NCBI GenBank assembly: GCA_028534125.1
Contig: CM052816.1
Coordinates: 26,660,001 to 26,724,000, forward strand
DNA length: 64,000 nt
From: Lama glama
Lineage: Eukaryota
Direction: 5' to 3'
The first letter of the stretch is position 1, and each line of letters begins with the position of its first letter. The position numbers and the translations under genes were made by a program. Positions 12,626 through 26,400 of the stretch are shown piece by piece. Under the pieces are notes generated by a model. That model did not search any database. It was not told the origin of the DNA and was given only the letters and a program-made list of their open reading frames with translations.

Positions 12626-14305
12626 ATCTAGAGAAGAGGTCAGAAGGTCAAGTAGTTAGAACGAATCATCAGCAATCATTTTCCCTGCTTCCCTTGGTGT
12701 CTTTATGTGTCGGCTGCAGGAATTTACTGCCCGTAGGTTTGCTAGTGCTTACTGATGCTTGTGGAAACTCCACTGGAGTAACAGGAGAGAAATATTTTTA
12801 GGTGATGCAAGTCAATCACGTTTTTCTTATCAAGCCAATCTTCCCTGGATTAAACATATTTGTGGCATCTCAAGGATGTGAGGGACCATGTTTCCCAAAG
12901 AATATTTAACTGCTTTTGACAGGCGACTCTTAAGTAATGAGCTGCTGGATAAACAAAGCAAGCTGAGAGGAGAGGCCACATTGACATAGCTGGAACATCC
13001 ACATAAGGGCTCCCATCTCAAACACGTAACTGTTCGAAGGCATTTGGGGGGCAGTAACCATCATCTGTTCAACAAGTTGGTGACACCTAACAGAAGCAGG
13101 AGCCTTACTGGAGCTACACAGCACTAATAAAACAGACTGATTCAGATGAAATAAATGGACTCTCACCTCGCAGAAGATGTAGGACTTCAGCTGTCAGGAC
13201 CTGAAACTATTAGGAGAGGGTCATCAAAAAAGCGAGACCCTCAGAAAGAGAAAGGAAAAAAAAATACTACCATTTCCTGTGCGTTTTAGATGTCTTAACT
13301 GAGATTGGTCTAATAATTATTGCCTTGGGTTATCTCAAGCAGATTTTCTTTCAAGGTTGCATCCAAGAAAATGAAATCTGCTTCAAACCAGCCAATGGAC
13401 AAGGGATAAAAAGTCTGATGCAAAACAATTAGCCAGTCCAGCACACATGGAGTCTTTGCCAACAGCAGACAATGGACTCCCACCTTCAGAAACCAGATCA
13501 GCCCTGGGCACCATGGAGGGTGTGGTATCTAGAGGAATAGGAGATCAGGGGTTATATATGTACAGCCATTCTAGAAGGTCATCCTCAGTCCTAGGGGCAT
13601 CCAGGAAGCAAGGAATACAGTTCTCAGAAGGACCATGACAAAGCTGGTCCTTTTCAAATAAAATCAGCACTGAGATTGCAGTAGCTACTGAGGTGTTCCC
13701 CAGAGCATCCTGAGAACTTGTGTCTCTTACTCTTGCTCATCAGCCTTTCCACTTTTCTTTCCAAATAGACATAAAGATTAAGTTTCACAGAGAGCCTCAC
13801 TGGTTACATTTAGGCCCTAAAATTAGTAGGATCATTCATATTAACTTAGCTCAGTATTTCTATTCTGGGGGCCAAAGGGCTTAGTGATGACAGCTTTTTT
13901 TGTTTGTTTGTTTTTGTTTTTTTTTTTATCATCACCAGTCATTTTTAAACGGTTGATTTTTTTTTTTTCGGCTTTTCTTGAACTCATCTGTCTTCACCTC
14001 CGACCTTTCCACTAACCCCTTGAGATAAAAGAGAGGCATCAATCTAATAAACACAATTGTTGGAGAAGTTATGACTGGGTAGCAGGCCAGCATGGTCACA
14101 GCTGATTATCAATGTAGCCTGAGAAGAAAGAAGAGATTCTTGGATTCCTGGATTATAGTGTATTTAAGATTAATAACTTCTTTAAATTCCTATTTGGGGA
14201 TGATGGCAGAGAACAGATATATTTCATGTGGTGGATACATCTGCTCCCTGAGCAATCAAATGACAGATTTCATATTTAGGTTAGATTGCACTGTGATTAT
14301 TTTGG

Positions 14306-14347
14306 TGTTCTTGTTCTTGTTCTTGTTCTTGTTTTTGTTTTTGTTTT
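14306..14347. repeat. (TTGTTC/TTGTTT)n hexanucleotide microsatellite
   Basis: Direct read. Confidence 0.9.
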
Positions 14348-14989
14348 AGGAAAATGGTTCGAAGAGTCTCAACCCTGAATCTGCTGTTGACAGCCCGTGT
14401 GACAATCAACAAAGCCATCAGTTCCTTGAACACCACTGCTTATCTATAATGGAGCCCAAATGATGATGACCCAGACCTCTGTCCCTTCCTTCCTCCATGA
14501 AAAACCTTTCATGACAGTTGCTGGTGAAAATAATTATGAAGGATTTCGAGACATGCAATTCTCCCCTGTGATTCTAGCTAATGCCCTCAAAGCCAAGTAA
14601 AACCCTTGAACATTTATATGTCACGGGTGCTGCCTTGAGTGTGAGCTCATCTGAAAACCACACAGTAGCCAATCAGTCTTGACAATGCTTCCTCCCACAC
14701 TCTTTCAGCAATCATCTCCTTAAAATAAGTAGATTGTGATTACAGGAATCCTAAAATGTTTGCCTGCCTGGTGAAACTGCTACCTGCCTTGAGGAAAAGT
14801 AGTGAGCTCTTTGTTATGCTTTTTCCAAATATCACACAATGAGCCCATGGACTAAGGTTGAGCCTCCCTGGTTTTAGCCTGATACCAACATTATACCATT
14901 TCATGTGAAATTCTGATGAAAATCTCCTGCATCTACTTAGAGCCCAGAACTAGGCACCCAATCAGAGATGAGGAGACTCATTCAACCTT

Positions 14990-15370
14990 GACACTGTTCT
15001 CTCGCCGTCAGCTCCCAGAGCCCAGCCCCCACTAGATCCAGTTGGATTTGCCTCCTACTGTCCATATGCACCATCTCCCCTCTCCATTGCCACCGTCCTA
15101 GCCCAAGTCAGCTTTCTCTCTCCCCTGAAGGGTCTCAACAGCCCCTTAACTCATCTCCTGGCAGCCTCTTCAGAACCTCCAACCTTGTCTCTAAACTACA
15201 GCCAGAGTGATCTTTCCAAACACAAGTCTGATGATATGCCTTTCCTCCGACTCCCCCCGCCAAAATAAAATCTTCATAAATGTCATAAAATGTCAAGTCA
15301 TCACAACATATATTCACAGCACGTGAGATTTCCTCAAGGGGGCTCATCACTCTAATACAGGCAGCACCTC
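14990..15370 (+). mobile_element. L2 LINE fragment
   Basis: ctccattgccaccgtcctagcccaag...cagccagagtgatctttccaaacacaagtctgatgat is typical L2 body. Confidence 0.6.
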
Positions 15371-16339
15371 CCACCAAAGTTATTTAGGGAGGTTGGCCAA
15401 AAACATGTGTCTTTGAATTTGGTGCAAGACCACCCTGGGCCCTTTCTGGCCTGTGCTGTTCAGAGCTAACATTTCAACTGTGTTTCTTAACAGCGGAACA
15501 ATGGGCCAGAAGGCAATGATGACGATTTCTGTTCATTTTTCTAACAGAAGTAGAATAAAACCAGGAAAACTAAGGACGACTTCTCAGAAAAGGTCTGCAT
15601 CCTAACTTGGGCCCTATTATTACTCGCCATCATTAGCTCAACTTTGTTCCCATTTAAGAGCTCAGTTAAATAAATTTTTAAAGGGGCTGGGGGGTAAAAT
15701 TCTGCATGTACCTGAACCATACAAGGACACTGTGCCTGTATCCAGACAGGCTGATGTTATTCCTCCTAGAAAAGAAGGAATCACAAGTGAAGAAATGGTT
15801 CAGCAGATTTCAGTCTAGAGCAAGGTTGGAAAGTTGTTCTTGGAGGCTGTATTAATATCTGCAGTTATGTGACACTAAAATGTAATTTTAAGTTAGATAC
15901 CTAACAGGTCTAAAAAAATTAAGGAATTTAAAGAGATGAATTAATGCCAAGACCAAGAGTTACTTTATTTTCATTACTTTTCAGAAGATTTAAATAAGGA
16001 AAAAAAATTGAAAATCATGCAGTGTTTAGACAATCTTTTCAGGACCCATGAAAATGTGGAAAAAGTCAGAAATGTTATTCATTCAAAAGGTAAGAATGAA
16101 GATAAGGGAGTTAGATGAGGGGAAAACTCTTTATTCCGCACTTTATTCTGAATGAATTTGAACCATCAAAGTTTTAATATTTGCTGTCCTTTCTAAGGAA
16201 ACTGAACAAATCAACCTCTAGAGGGAGGGGAAACACAAGTAAGGAAATACAGGACACTTGGTTGGAAAAGGGTTAAATTTTGTAATGTAAAACCCTCAAA
16301 ACTGTAGAAAGTAGTTTTGGCATATTTGTTTTAGAAAGC

Positions 16340-17035
16340 TAGGTCCAGCACTGCTGAAAGGGAATAGAAGATGGCATTCATTCTGGAGAACATTTTGGCA
16401 ACAATGAAACAAAGTTGACAATGCACATATCCTGTGACTCAGTAATTTCACTTCTAGGAAATTATTCCAGTGAAACTCTGATATATATGCCTAGGGAGAC
16501 AAGTTCAAGGACATACAGCCTGGCACAGTTTATAACAGTAAATAATTAGATTTAATGGAAAGATCCATTATCAGGAGAATAAACTAATTGCAATTTATTT
16601 CTCTAACAAAATGGTATAAAATATTTAAAATGAATGAACTAGATCTGCTTGTATTAAGATCTAGCTGATATAAACATCAAAAATGTAATGTTGATTGAGA
16701 AAATCAGGTTGCAGGTTAATGTATATGGTATCATTTGTTAATTCCCAAATACACAAAATAACACCCTTAATAGTATATTTAATATTTCTATATTTATGTA
16801 TAATGTAATATACATACAGCAATATCTCTATCTGTATGTATCTATAGATACAGTACAATTCCGAAAAGACACACTGGAAGGATTCATGACAACTTCATCT
16901 TTTTCTTAAAAAAAGATTCTGAAGCAAATATGGTAAAGTGTTTACACTCATTTTTTTGGCTACCTGTATATCCACATTTATACATTATAATTTGTAATTT
17001 TCTGATTGTTTTTTAAATCAAAGAGAGAAAAATAA
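16340..17035 (+). mobile_element. Old L1M (L1ME/MC-like) 3' fragment
   Basis: atgcacatatcctgtgactcagtaatttcacttctaggaattattcc...aaaatgaatgaactagatct are typical old L1 ORF2-end/3'UTR motifs. Confidence 0.65.
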
Positions 17036-17764
17036 ATGAAAAGAAAGCCTAGCCATTTATTGCTTTGTAGTTCAATTTTTGCATGGGTTGTTAAAATAGA
17101 GAAGCCAACTATCTCACCCAAGGTTAAAAACTGTATGTGTTATCCTCCTGAGAAATTCTTGGTAATAAAGTATCACTACATGATCAGCCACTGATTTCTT
17201 TCCTGATTATTCTGTTGCTATTTTAAAATCCTTCTTTTTGGTCTGTACTTTTATCGTGTATCAACAGGAGTAGAAAGATCAGTAAGGGGGACAGCTAATT
17301 CTTACCTTTTTAGGGGGATTTTTTTTTTATAGTTTTCAATCCAATAACATTTACTGAAATGCCACACATGTGGCTGAGATAATGATCACACAAATTGTTG
17401 CTCATTACCAACCATGCATGGCATTAACTGAAAACCACTATGTGAAAGGCGATTCATCGCAATCCTGAAGATGAGGAAGCTGTACTCTCTCCCATAATCT
17501 TATTTTCCTAGAACAAAAATCTTCTTTAGATGAGAACATCAGTAAAAATGGCACCCGTGCTGTGTGTTAAAAACTGTTGTGAGTGGTCTGCCCACAGCTT
17601 TGTCATTCATGAATGCTGTCAACTTACATTAACAATCGTGCCCATCATAGAAACAACATAACCCACTGACTGACCTGGGCGTATTTTAACATAAAGCAAG
17701 AAAACCATCTTCTGAATGATAGAAATTTGTGTATATTGGTGTTTTGAGCAATCTGTTTCTCTAA

Positions 17765-17975
17765 AGCAAGATTTGCGAACTGGTGTCTCGCAGGCTGAAT
17801 TCAGGCAATTGATCAACCTGGTTTTTCTTCCACAGTGTTTTTAAAAAATTTGGAAATATTATCTAATTTCTAACTTTTCTTGAGGAAAAATAAATCAAAA
17901 GATAGGTCCCCAATCTCTGGCACTAATCCACGGATGCGGAGAGAAAGAAGCTGGCCCCTTTAGGTCAGCCATGAA
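17765..17975. mobile_element. Old hAT-Charlie-like DNA transposon fragment (MER58/MER102-like)
   Basis: gcaagatttgcgaactgg...gcaggctgaattcagg start and agctggcccctttag segment. Family assignment uncertain. Confidence 0.35.
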
Positions 17976-18679
17976 CTTTTTTTTTCTCCACAGTCCCTAC
18001 CACAGAGTCTTATGCGCTCCTTACTTTTCTACCTTACTTAACTGCTTGGCCTCAGTAAACATTCAAGTTGGTAATCCCAGCCGTAAAGAAATTACTGCTA
18101 CCCCTGAAAATCAGTCTGCTATAGCTGGGGCACTTGCAAGCAAAATCGTTTGAACTGATAGCCTAGAAACAATGCAAACATTCATCACTCCTGTGCTGTC
18201 CAGAAGCCACCATCTGACCGACCATTCTGTGCTGTAGTTTTCCAGGGAGTAGGGGAGCAGAGAAGACAGTTCATTTCTTTCATTTTTACCAGGAGAGGCT
18301 CTCAGTGATCTTTTAAGCAAAGGATCCCCTTTAATTCAAAGAAGTCTTAAATGTAATTACACTATAGAAACAAATAAAAAGAAAGTTGTCCTGGTCTACT
18401 ATAAAAACAGATAAAAAGAAAGTCCACCAGGAAGCACCCCACCAGCTCAACCAACCTCATCTATGCTCTCTGAGGCAGTGCCTGGGACATCACCAATGGT
18501 CCACAGTGAAGTAGGGAATCCTGTTTGAAAAATCACAAGCAGAGCACTTCCTCCAGGAGATAGGCTTCAGTCACCAATTCTTCTATAGAACATTGAGTGC
18601 CTTGGTATAAATTTAGACTCCAGGGAAATCAGATTTGGAAGGGAACTTGGAGACCATCTGTTCCAACCTGATCAGTTTA

Positions 18680-18861
18680 CAGTCGACCCTTAGTATTCAC
18701 GTGAGTTCCACATCTGCGGATTCAATAAATCACGGAGGATTCACAGATACAGAGGGCTGACTGTACTCCACCAGTTTATATAGAGGACTGGAGCATCCAC
18801 GGATTAGGGTATCTGCAGTGGGTCCTGGGACTCATCCCCTGCAGATACAGCAGGACGACTG
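18680..18861 (-). mobile_element. MER2/MER2B-like TcMar-Tigger MITE nested in a MIR
   Basis: Terminal inverted repeats cagtcg...cgactg flanked by TA / CA (decayed TA TSD). The reverse strand matches the MER2 5' end (cagtcgtcc...ccaggaccc...gatgctccagtcc). MIR-like sequence lies on both sides. Confidence 0.8.
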
Positions 18862-20109
18862 CACACATAAGGAAATGGGGTCTCCAAAAGTTAGTAACTT
18901 AGTTGTAGAATGAGGTCTCCTCTCCTGGCCTCCTCACACCCGTCCCAATAGGAATGTGCTGAGGCCTCCCTCACGTCCATTTAACTCTGCAAATACCCTG
19001 AAGGGAACCAAGGACCTTAAACAAAAGGAACCTGAATTATAACTCGAACATGAATCTGCTCCTCCCAGAACCTGGGTCTCTAAATTTTGGCATGGAAAAA
19101 AAAAAATTCCAAAGGTTTTATTTGAAAAGATTGGCCAATTTTCAGGGAGTAGGGAGACATTTCAGTCTCCCTCTCTTAGGATTCTACACCATGACATGTC
19201 CCTGTGCCAAGGCCCCAGACAGCAGCAGCATTTGGTTGTGTGCTGAAATGCCAGCCTCCTTCAGTTCTACCCCCACTCCCCTCACAAACAGCTGAGGTGA
19301 GGCCACATGTTTTATGCCCAAAGATCTAACACAGGGCCTAGCCCATTGCAGGACTTCAAAACATGCTGAAGTGAACCTAATTGAACTCTCACAATAATTC
19401 TATAGCTTCCTAAATATATTACATTTTATTCAAAGCTTGGGAGGAAATCATCACAAAATGCAATTAAAACTTCACTCTGAGCACTAACAGCTACAGCTTT
19501 TCAAAGAAAACATTATACCCTTTTTGTATCTAACTTCTTTCCATTCCATGAAATGCAAAGGTGATTTTCATATGGTGATTAAAATGCAATCAATGATTAC
19601 CACAGAAAAGGGCAGAGAAGAGGTCTTTGGGAGTTTTCCCAGTTCAGACCTGAGAACCCAGCATTGTTTTTAGGTCCTTTCACAGCACAAGGAGGATCCA
19701 GAGAAGAAGAAAGACGGTTTCTTGGATCTGCTCTACCTATTCTCCACACGGTGCCTTGATAACAGACCCAACTTTCTGTAAAACTCAGAAAACTGGGGTT
19801 TCAATAATCAGGTGTATTAGTAATTCAAGAAACTCAACTGAAAAACATCCTGTTTGCCAAGATGTATAAAAATGGTTTACCATGAGATTCCTCTGTGTCA
19901 GGAGATGGAGGAGCAATATTTTGTTACACAAATCTTCACACAAAAGAATAGTTCTTGACTGTTTGGACTGTGAAAAGTTAAGAAATAGAATCCTTCTGTT
20001 GCTAAATACAAGATCTTATTTTTAATAGTATGGTTGTTGGAGGAGACTTTCTTAAGTATTACTGATGAGAACAGGTAAGTGAAGTCACTTCAGTCAGCAG
20101 TGATCAGGC

Positions 20110-20370
20110 CAGGCAGAGTACAGAGGTTAAGAGCACAAGTATGGGTGTCAGCTCCAATGTGCAAGTTACAATTGTGGCTTCACCTTGGGTGGCCCAGTAA
20201 CTTTGGGCAGTTACTTAACTTCTTGGGAAGCTGAGACCTTCTACGCAAAAATTATGCTAATGACAGCCCCATCAAAGGGCTGATATGAAAATTAAATAAG
20301 CTAGTGTATGTAAAGGATATTAAATCAGCGCTGGGCACACAGTAAGAGCCCAAGAAGCATTACCTATCCT
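20110..20370 (+). mobile_element. MIR SINE
   Basis: gaggttaagagcac...actttgggcagttacttaacttc...gaaaattaaataagct...ctgggcacacagtaag. Confidence 0.8.
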
Positions 20371-21424
20371 TAGACTGTCACTATAATTAGATGGGAAATG
20401 TCAGTCCAGGGTTACTCAACAAACTGGCTTGTGGACAATGACCACAAGACAGTATGTATAGCATCTGCAAACTCATTATTACTAAGATTATATGACCAGA
20501 AGATTACAAGCTCACTGAGGCAGGAAGACATTTTAAATATTTTAAGAATTTACCCATCGGGACCTTACACAAAGCTTTGTACATATCAGGAAATCACCCT
20601 TGTTCAAGTGAAGAGACAGAAAGAGAGAGAGAGAAGAACAAAATCAGGAATGACATAAGGAGGGTGTAGGAATAAGGCAGTCATTCTAGTTTATGCTTCT
20701 GTCCCCTCAATCAGTCTACCAAAAAATAAGGCAAAATATTAAAAATGCTGGATGAATGTGACTGCTATCCAGAGAACAGTAAGAAAGCATCTCTTCAGTC
20801 CTACATTTTCCATTTCTTAAAATTAAGGCAATGTTACAAAAGTGTCATCCGAAAGACACAGGCACCCACCACATCTTTAAGAGCATTCCTGGAGCATCTC
20901 TGTTACTAAGAGGTTGTGATTACAAGTGTTTTAATTAATCGTGGCTTCTGCCCTATTACTGATCATCACCTACCACATGGGATTGCTTGACTACTGAAGA
21001 CACTGACATGTCTAGCCAAACGAGGCCCCAACTCACAGGGCCTCAAGTCTACATGAACACTGAACTTGGTCAAGGCAGGTGAGCTGTCTGTGTGGTCAAA
21101 TGTACCTGGAGGAGGAGCAGGGGACATTTGCGGGTGGTGGCCTGGAGCAACAGGGCAACAGAAAGCACTGTCAGCCATGACTTCCAGGCACTGCTTCCCA
21201 GATAGGAAGACAGCAAGAACTACACCCATGTGGTCTCCTAATCTTTCTACCTGTAAACTTTCAACTCTCTGTGAAAAGAGAGACCATAAAGCAAGGCTTT
21301 AAATATGAGTGAAGCATCTGCCTCCACCTTAACACAAAGAAGGCACAGCGGCCAATGACCAGGGCATACACATTTGGGTGGGATTTTAGTTTATAAAATA
21401 CTTTCCCAAGCTTAATTGGTCCTT

Positions 21425-21600
21425 ATCACTGACCTAGAAGGTAGGCTGGAACATTTATTTCATTTTACAGATAGGAAACTTTGGTGATAATTTGGAGAAA
21501 GGTGAAGTGACTTGCCCAAAGTCATACAGTGGGTATATGAGCATGACAAGGATGAAACCCTCCCAAATCACAGGCCCCCATGTTAACTGTTTTTTTCAAT
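21425..21600 (-). mobile_element. MIR SINE
   Basis: cattttacagataggaaact...gtgaagtgacttgcccaaagtcatacag (MIR core). Confidence 0.75.
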
Positions 21601-24600
21601 CACACCCCATTTGTCCTGTTGGGGAGAAATAGTAGAGCTTTTTCCTTAAAAGCACCTTAAGCTCTTCAAATGAAGGAATGAGGGCCATAAAAATGTTCAT
21701 AATGATTAGAAATGTCATTTATCAAACATACACCTATTTTCGGAGCAAATGTCAATTTAGTCAGAATTACTTAACCTGTTAGTGAAATTCACATAAAGCA
21801 ACCATGTGATGTATAGAGACATGACTTTCCAACTCTATGTGAACACTCTCTCCACTGGCCAAGTGCCATAAAGACCAGAACCATCAAAAAACGGGCAAGG
21901 CATCTAAGACTGTGGGTAAAGATGCATATTTTAAAATGCAAGCTTTTTCATTAAAGCAAATACCAGTTAGTATGGCCATATTTATTTGCACTCAGTTCTT
22001 CAACTTTTGTCTCAGATATATAGTACTATACATGTCTTCTTCATTTCAATAATTTCTCCCTCCATTAGAATGAACTTATTTTGTGGTGATTTCTCATAAG
22101 AAATCTCTTTCCTCTCATTTTGGTTTGGAATATCTTGACATGTTTGGAATGCCACAATTCTGAGACGAGGCTTCAAAGGTCACAAAATAAATGCCCCATA
22201 AAATAAATGAGTAATGGTTATATACACCGTTGCCGTACTTTCAGTAATGCTGATATAAAGCTATATACTGTACTCTGTCGATTCACATTCATCAAGTTCC
22301 AGAAATATGAGAAAATCATTAGAGGTTTATGTTGAGTTTGCAGATAATACCAACATATAAGTCAAGCCTGAAATACGGTAATCAGAAAAACAGTTGAAAA
22401 GTGTCAATAAACCATAAAACACTGGTGGTGGTGGTGGCTGTGAAGACTGCGTCAGAGAGCCAGTCATGTGAGGAGATTTTGGTCACACTGCGGGGCGGCT
22501 CCTGCTAAGCAGCAGGCTAGCAGAGGAGGGTGGGGAGATGGCAGATGCCAGCACCAAAATCAGGGGGTCCTGAGAGCTGCTGAGCATTTGATGAATCCCC
22601 TTATCTCTGAGGACTGTGGTGGCCATCCGTCTGAAGCCTGTCATCCATCAATCCAGGGTCTTCGTCAGACATCCTCTGTCTGTTGATCAGAGGATGACTT
22701 CGGGGAAGCGGACGTCCATAATCAGCACTTTGTCTGCAATCTGAACGAGCCACTGAACACTTAACTTTTCATTTGGCAAAAGCCTAGATGTTGGAAAAGT
22801 CCTGACAGTTCATTCATTTTGCTCCATCCTGGAGCCAGCTGATGTCTGACTGGGGAGACCCACCCTCTTTGATGTTGTACTCTGGTGAGAGTGCCCTGCT
22901 GTGAAAAAAAATTTTATCCATCCAAATTAAAGAGCAATATTTCTGTATCCAGCTGTTAACTGTGACACGTTTGCCATTTTTCAGGGCACTGGCTTGGTGC
23001 CATCCTCAGGCTCGGCTGCAAACCTATCTTTTCCCGTTTCCTCCACTGAAGCAATAACATCCACAGTGCACAACTGTCTCCAGTGTCCATACAACATCAA
23101 CACTCAAAAGGAAAATTCTGCCAATCCCACATTGCTAAGAACAGCATGGGAAATATTTTCACACAGCAATTTATTTTTCATTTCTTTTCTTCTTCTTCAT
23201 GTATTTTTTTTTTTTGGTATTACCACTGATGTCTTTTAAAACTCACTTCAACTCAGTTTTTTTAATCTAGTTTTAATTCGAGTAACCAATAAGTCCTGGC
23301 CTCTAGTAAATACATTTGCAAATGAAATGAATTTGGATCCTGTGAAAACTTGTTTCATATGTACTGAGCCCACATTTAAAAATGGACATTTGTTCGGTGG
23401 AGAGAGCTCTGCGTAAATGAAGAAAAACTCATTAAGCTTGAATAAACATTTAGATCTAAGTAATCAAGAAAGCCTGTATCTTCTCATGTTTGTTAAGTGC
23501 CAATGGGGGCTTATAAAGATCGCTGCCATGAACCGTGTGTATTATAAACCAAGGGCAGCTCACAGTATTACTGCATTTTTCTCCATATACTGAGATGTTT
23601 GAGCAGAACATGGCAGTTTCCAGCTACCCTCCCATCCTGGCCCATCTCAATCTCCTTTCTCTTTTTCACTTTTGCTCAGATAGAAAGGGATCAGTGGAAC
23701 CAGAGTTCAGCACTAAGCATCAGAGAATCCTGCCTTGCCACTGATCTCAGACTCTGATGAGCAAACGTGCACAGCTCTTTATCATCCTCTCTTGAACAAG
23801 TGAGCAGTGGGTTTTGAAAAACAACAACAAAAACATACTCTATGTGAGAAAGTATCAATTTTGGAAAACTAAGCCACAGGGAAATGTGAATTAATATATT
23901 CCTACACTTGGAAAAACAAAGCCTTAGTTTTCCACCAAACAGGAAAGGGGACTGTTCTTTTGTTAAAATAATCCTAGGACTATAACCAGGGTGAATGGAT
24001 GGGATCTGCACACTATCTATGACAGTGTACCAAAGAGCTCTACACTTGAGAACTATAAAAGAACACAGTAAAGTTATTGCACACACTTGTGGCAACCACT
24101 CCAATCCTCTGCATGATTCATGTAGTAGATCTCATGGAGTACTACTTAACTCTTAGTGCAGGGGGAATTTCTGGTTTATAAATTCCATGGCGTAGGATCC
24201 TGTATAGACCTTTAGAGCTTGATGAAAATGCTTAGTGATTTTATACTTCAGCATGGTAAGTACCAAAGAATATGATGTCCAAGAAGCAGGCTGGACAAAA
24301 TCCTAGGTGCAAACTGCTATGCAAGACAGCAGTCATATTAAAACTTACAAAGTACCAAGTGGGGAATGTCTGTGAAGAGAATATACCCCCAAAATCGAAG
24401 AGAGGCCACTTCCACGTATGTGCAGACACACACACACTCACACACTATGCCGTACAGCTCACCCACTTTTGGGGGGAAGAATTTTCTGAAGACACAGGAA
24501 GTTTATTCCAATGAAATAATGGTTTCCTATGGTTTCACTTTTTTTCAGAGTAGCCTACAGCCTTATTTCTTTGCTGAAATGTGTCACTCTTTAAATTACT

Positions 24601-24877
24601 ATGTTTTTCCAAGTCTAGGACATTATTTTCCTGACCACACCAATAAAGTGTGATTGTCAGACCTGCTTTATTAAGGGGAAAGTGACCATCTGTCCAGGAT
24701 AGAAAACGTATTTTCAAATCTTAAATAATCTAGGAGACACTTCTTATGTCAAGTTGAGACAGTACCAAGCACACACTCAATTACCAATTTATACCATCAT
24801 GTCCTGGATCACAAGACAATGAAAGAAATAAAATCAACCCTCAGGTTCAGGGGGCTCAAGAAACTGAAAGGGTGAGA

Positions 24878-25165
24878 ACAACAGACTCATGGATACAGAA
24901 AACATTTACCCAAGGGAAAAGGGCAGGGGAGGGATAAATTAGGAGCTGAGGATTAACAGACACACATTACTATATATAAAATTGATAAACAACAAGGACA
25001 TACTGTGGCACAGGGAACTATATTCAATTTCTTGTGATAACACATAACGGAAAAGAATTTGAAATACATATACGTATGTACACGTATAACTGAATCGCTT
25101 TGCTGTATATCTGAAACTAACATTGTAAAACAACTACACTTTGATTAAAAATAAACATAAAAAAA
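24878..25165 (+). mobile_element. L1 3' UTR fragment (cetartiodactyl-type)
   Basis: gggataaattaggag...acagggaactatattcaat...gctgtatatctgaaactaac plus A-rich tail. Possible TSD agggtgag on both sides. Confidence 0.85.
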
Positions 25166-25839
25166 TGTGAGAGGGTGAGGGTCACAGCTGGCCTAGACCA
25201 GGTGGTCCTGAGGGAGAGCCCCCTGAGCTTGCTGTCCTCCCAAGATGACTGTTTACAGGAAAAACCTAGTGAAATTCCTTCTGAGTTTGTCCTGGAGGAA
25301 GAAACATCGGAGGGGAATGGATTTGGGCTTCTCGGAACCATTCTCCTTGAAGGAAGGTTTGCATGGTTGTACAGAGGCCTGAGTGAACTCACTGCTTTGC
25401 CACAGCTCTCCTCCCCATCAAGATCCAGGAGATGAGGCACAGAGGGCAGGAGGTGATGGCAGTAATAGTGAGTCTCAAATGGAAACTTCCAACTTCGCAG
25501 ACAGCATTTTTTCAACAAGCGTTTAGAAAGCAGCCACTATGTGCCAACCATGGTGCTTAGTGCAGGGCTTTAAAAACCTAAGACCCAGTCACTGCCCTCA
25601 ACTAATTTACAGTTCAGTAGGACAGATACACACACAAACAAATCAGATGACATTTATTCTGGCACGACCATCTGTAGTCCCATCCAGTCTTTGAACATTT
25701 GATGTCCTGAATGGGGATCCTAGGTGTAGGAAAGGTAATCCATTACCATTTTGTAAAACAGACACCAAAACTTAAACAGTTAAAGTGAATCATTCAAACA
25801 AATTGTAGACTGTGAAGGCAGCATTAAACAAATGTTTGA

Positions 25840-25995
25840 TTAAAATCTGCTAGGCTATAACCTCAATGAGGGCAAAGATAAAATCTGTCTTGTTTGCTAT
25901 CGTATCCCTAGTGGTTAACAGAGCTCAGCACGCTGTAGTGCTTGGTATTCAATAAATGCCTGCTGGTTAGTTGGTTTGCTGGATGGATGGATAAA
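25840..25995 (+). mobile_element. L2 3' end
   Basis: ctcaatgagggcaaag...gtatccctagtg...gtattcaataaatg followed by a tgga-like tail. Confidence 0.6.
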
Positions 25996-26204
25996 TAGTT
26001 AGAAGGATATAGATGAGAGGACAGGATGCCTTCTAGGTACCCAAGCACTAAGGGCTGGACCACATCTCTCTGCTCTCTGGGCAAGCCAACACTCTAACGC
26101 AAAGTAGAATATTCAATTGGGAAAATTTTAAAGAATACAACAATGCCTGAAAAATTGTGCTTTGCCTCACTGGTTAAAATTAACACTCCTTTTTTTTTTA
26201 ACCC

Positions 26205-26400
26205 TGTTTCTTTTTTTCTTAAGTTCAGCTTTACTGAGTATAACTGACAAATAAAATTGTGAGATATTTAAAGTGTACAGAGTGGTAATTTGATATACTT
26301 TGTTAAAAGATTCCCTTATCTAGTTAATTAGCACATCCATCACTACATACACTTATATTTTCTCTTTTTTTTTTTGGTGAAGTGGGTGGGTAAGAACATT
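26205..26400 (-). mobile_element. L1MA-like 3' end
   Basis: cagctttactgagtataactgacaaataaaattg...atttaaagtgtacag...gttaattagcacatccatcac. Confidence 0.75.

Noticed and set aside
16836-16851. 16-bp palindrome tgtatctatagataca
   Set aside because: Lies in a TA-rich low-complexity patch of an old L1.
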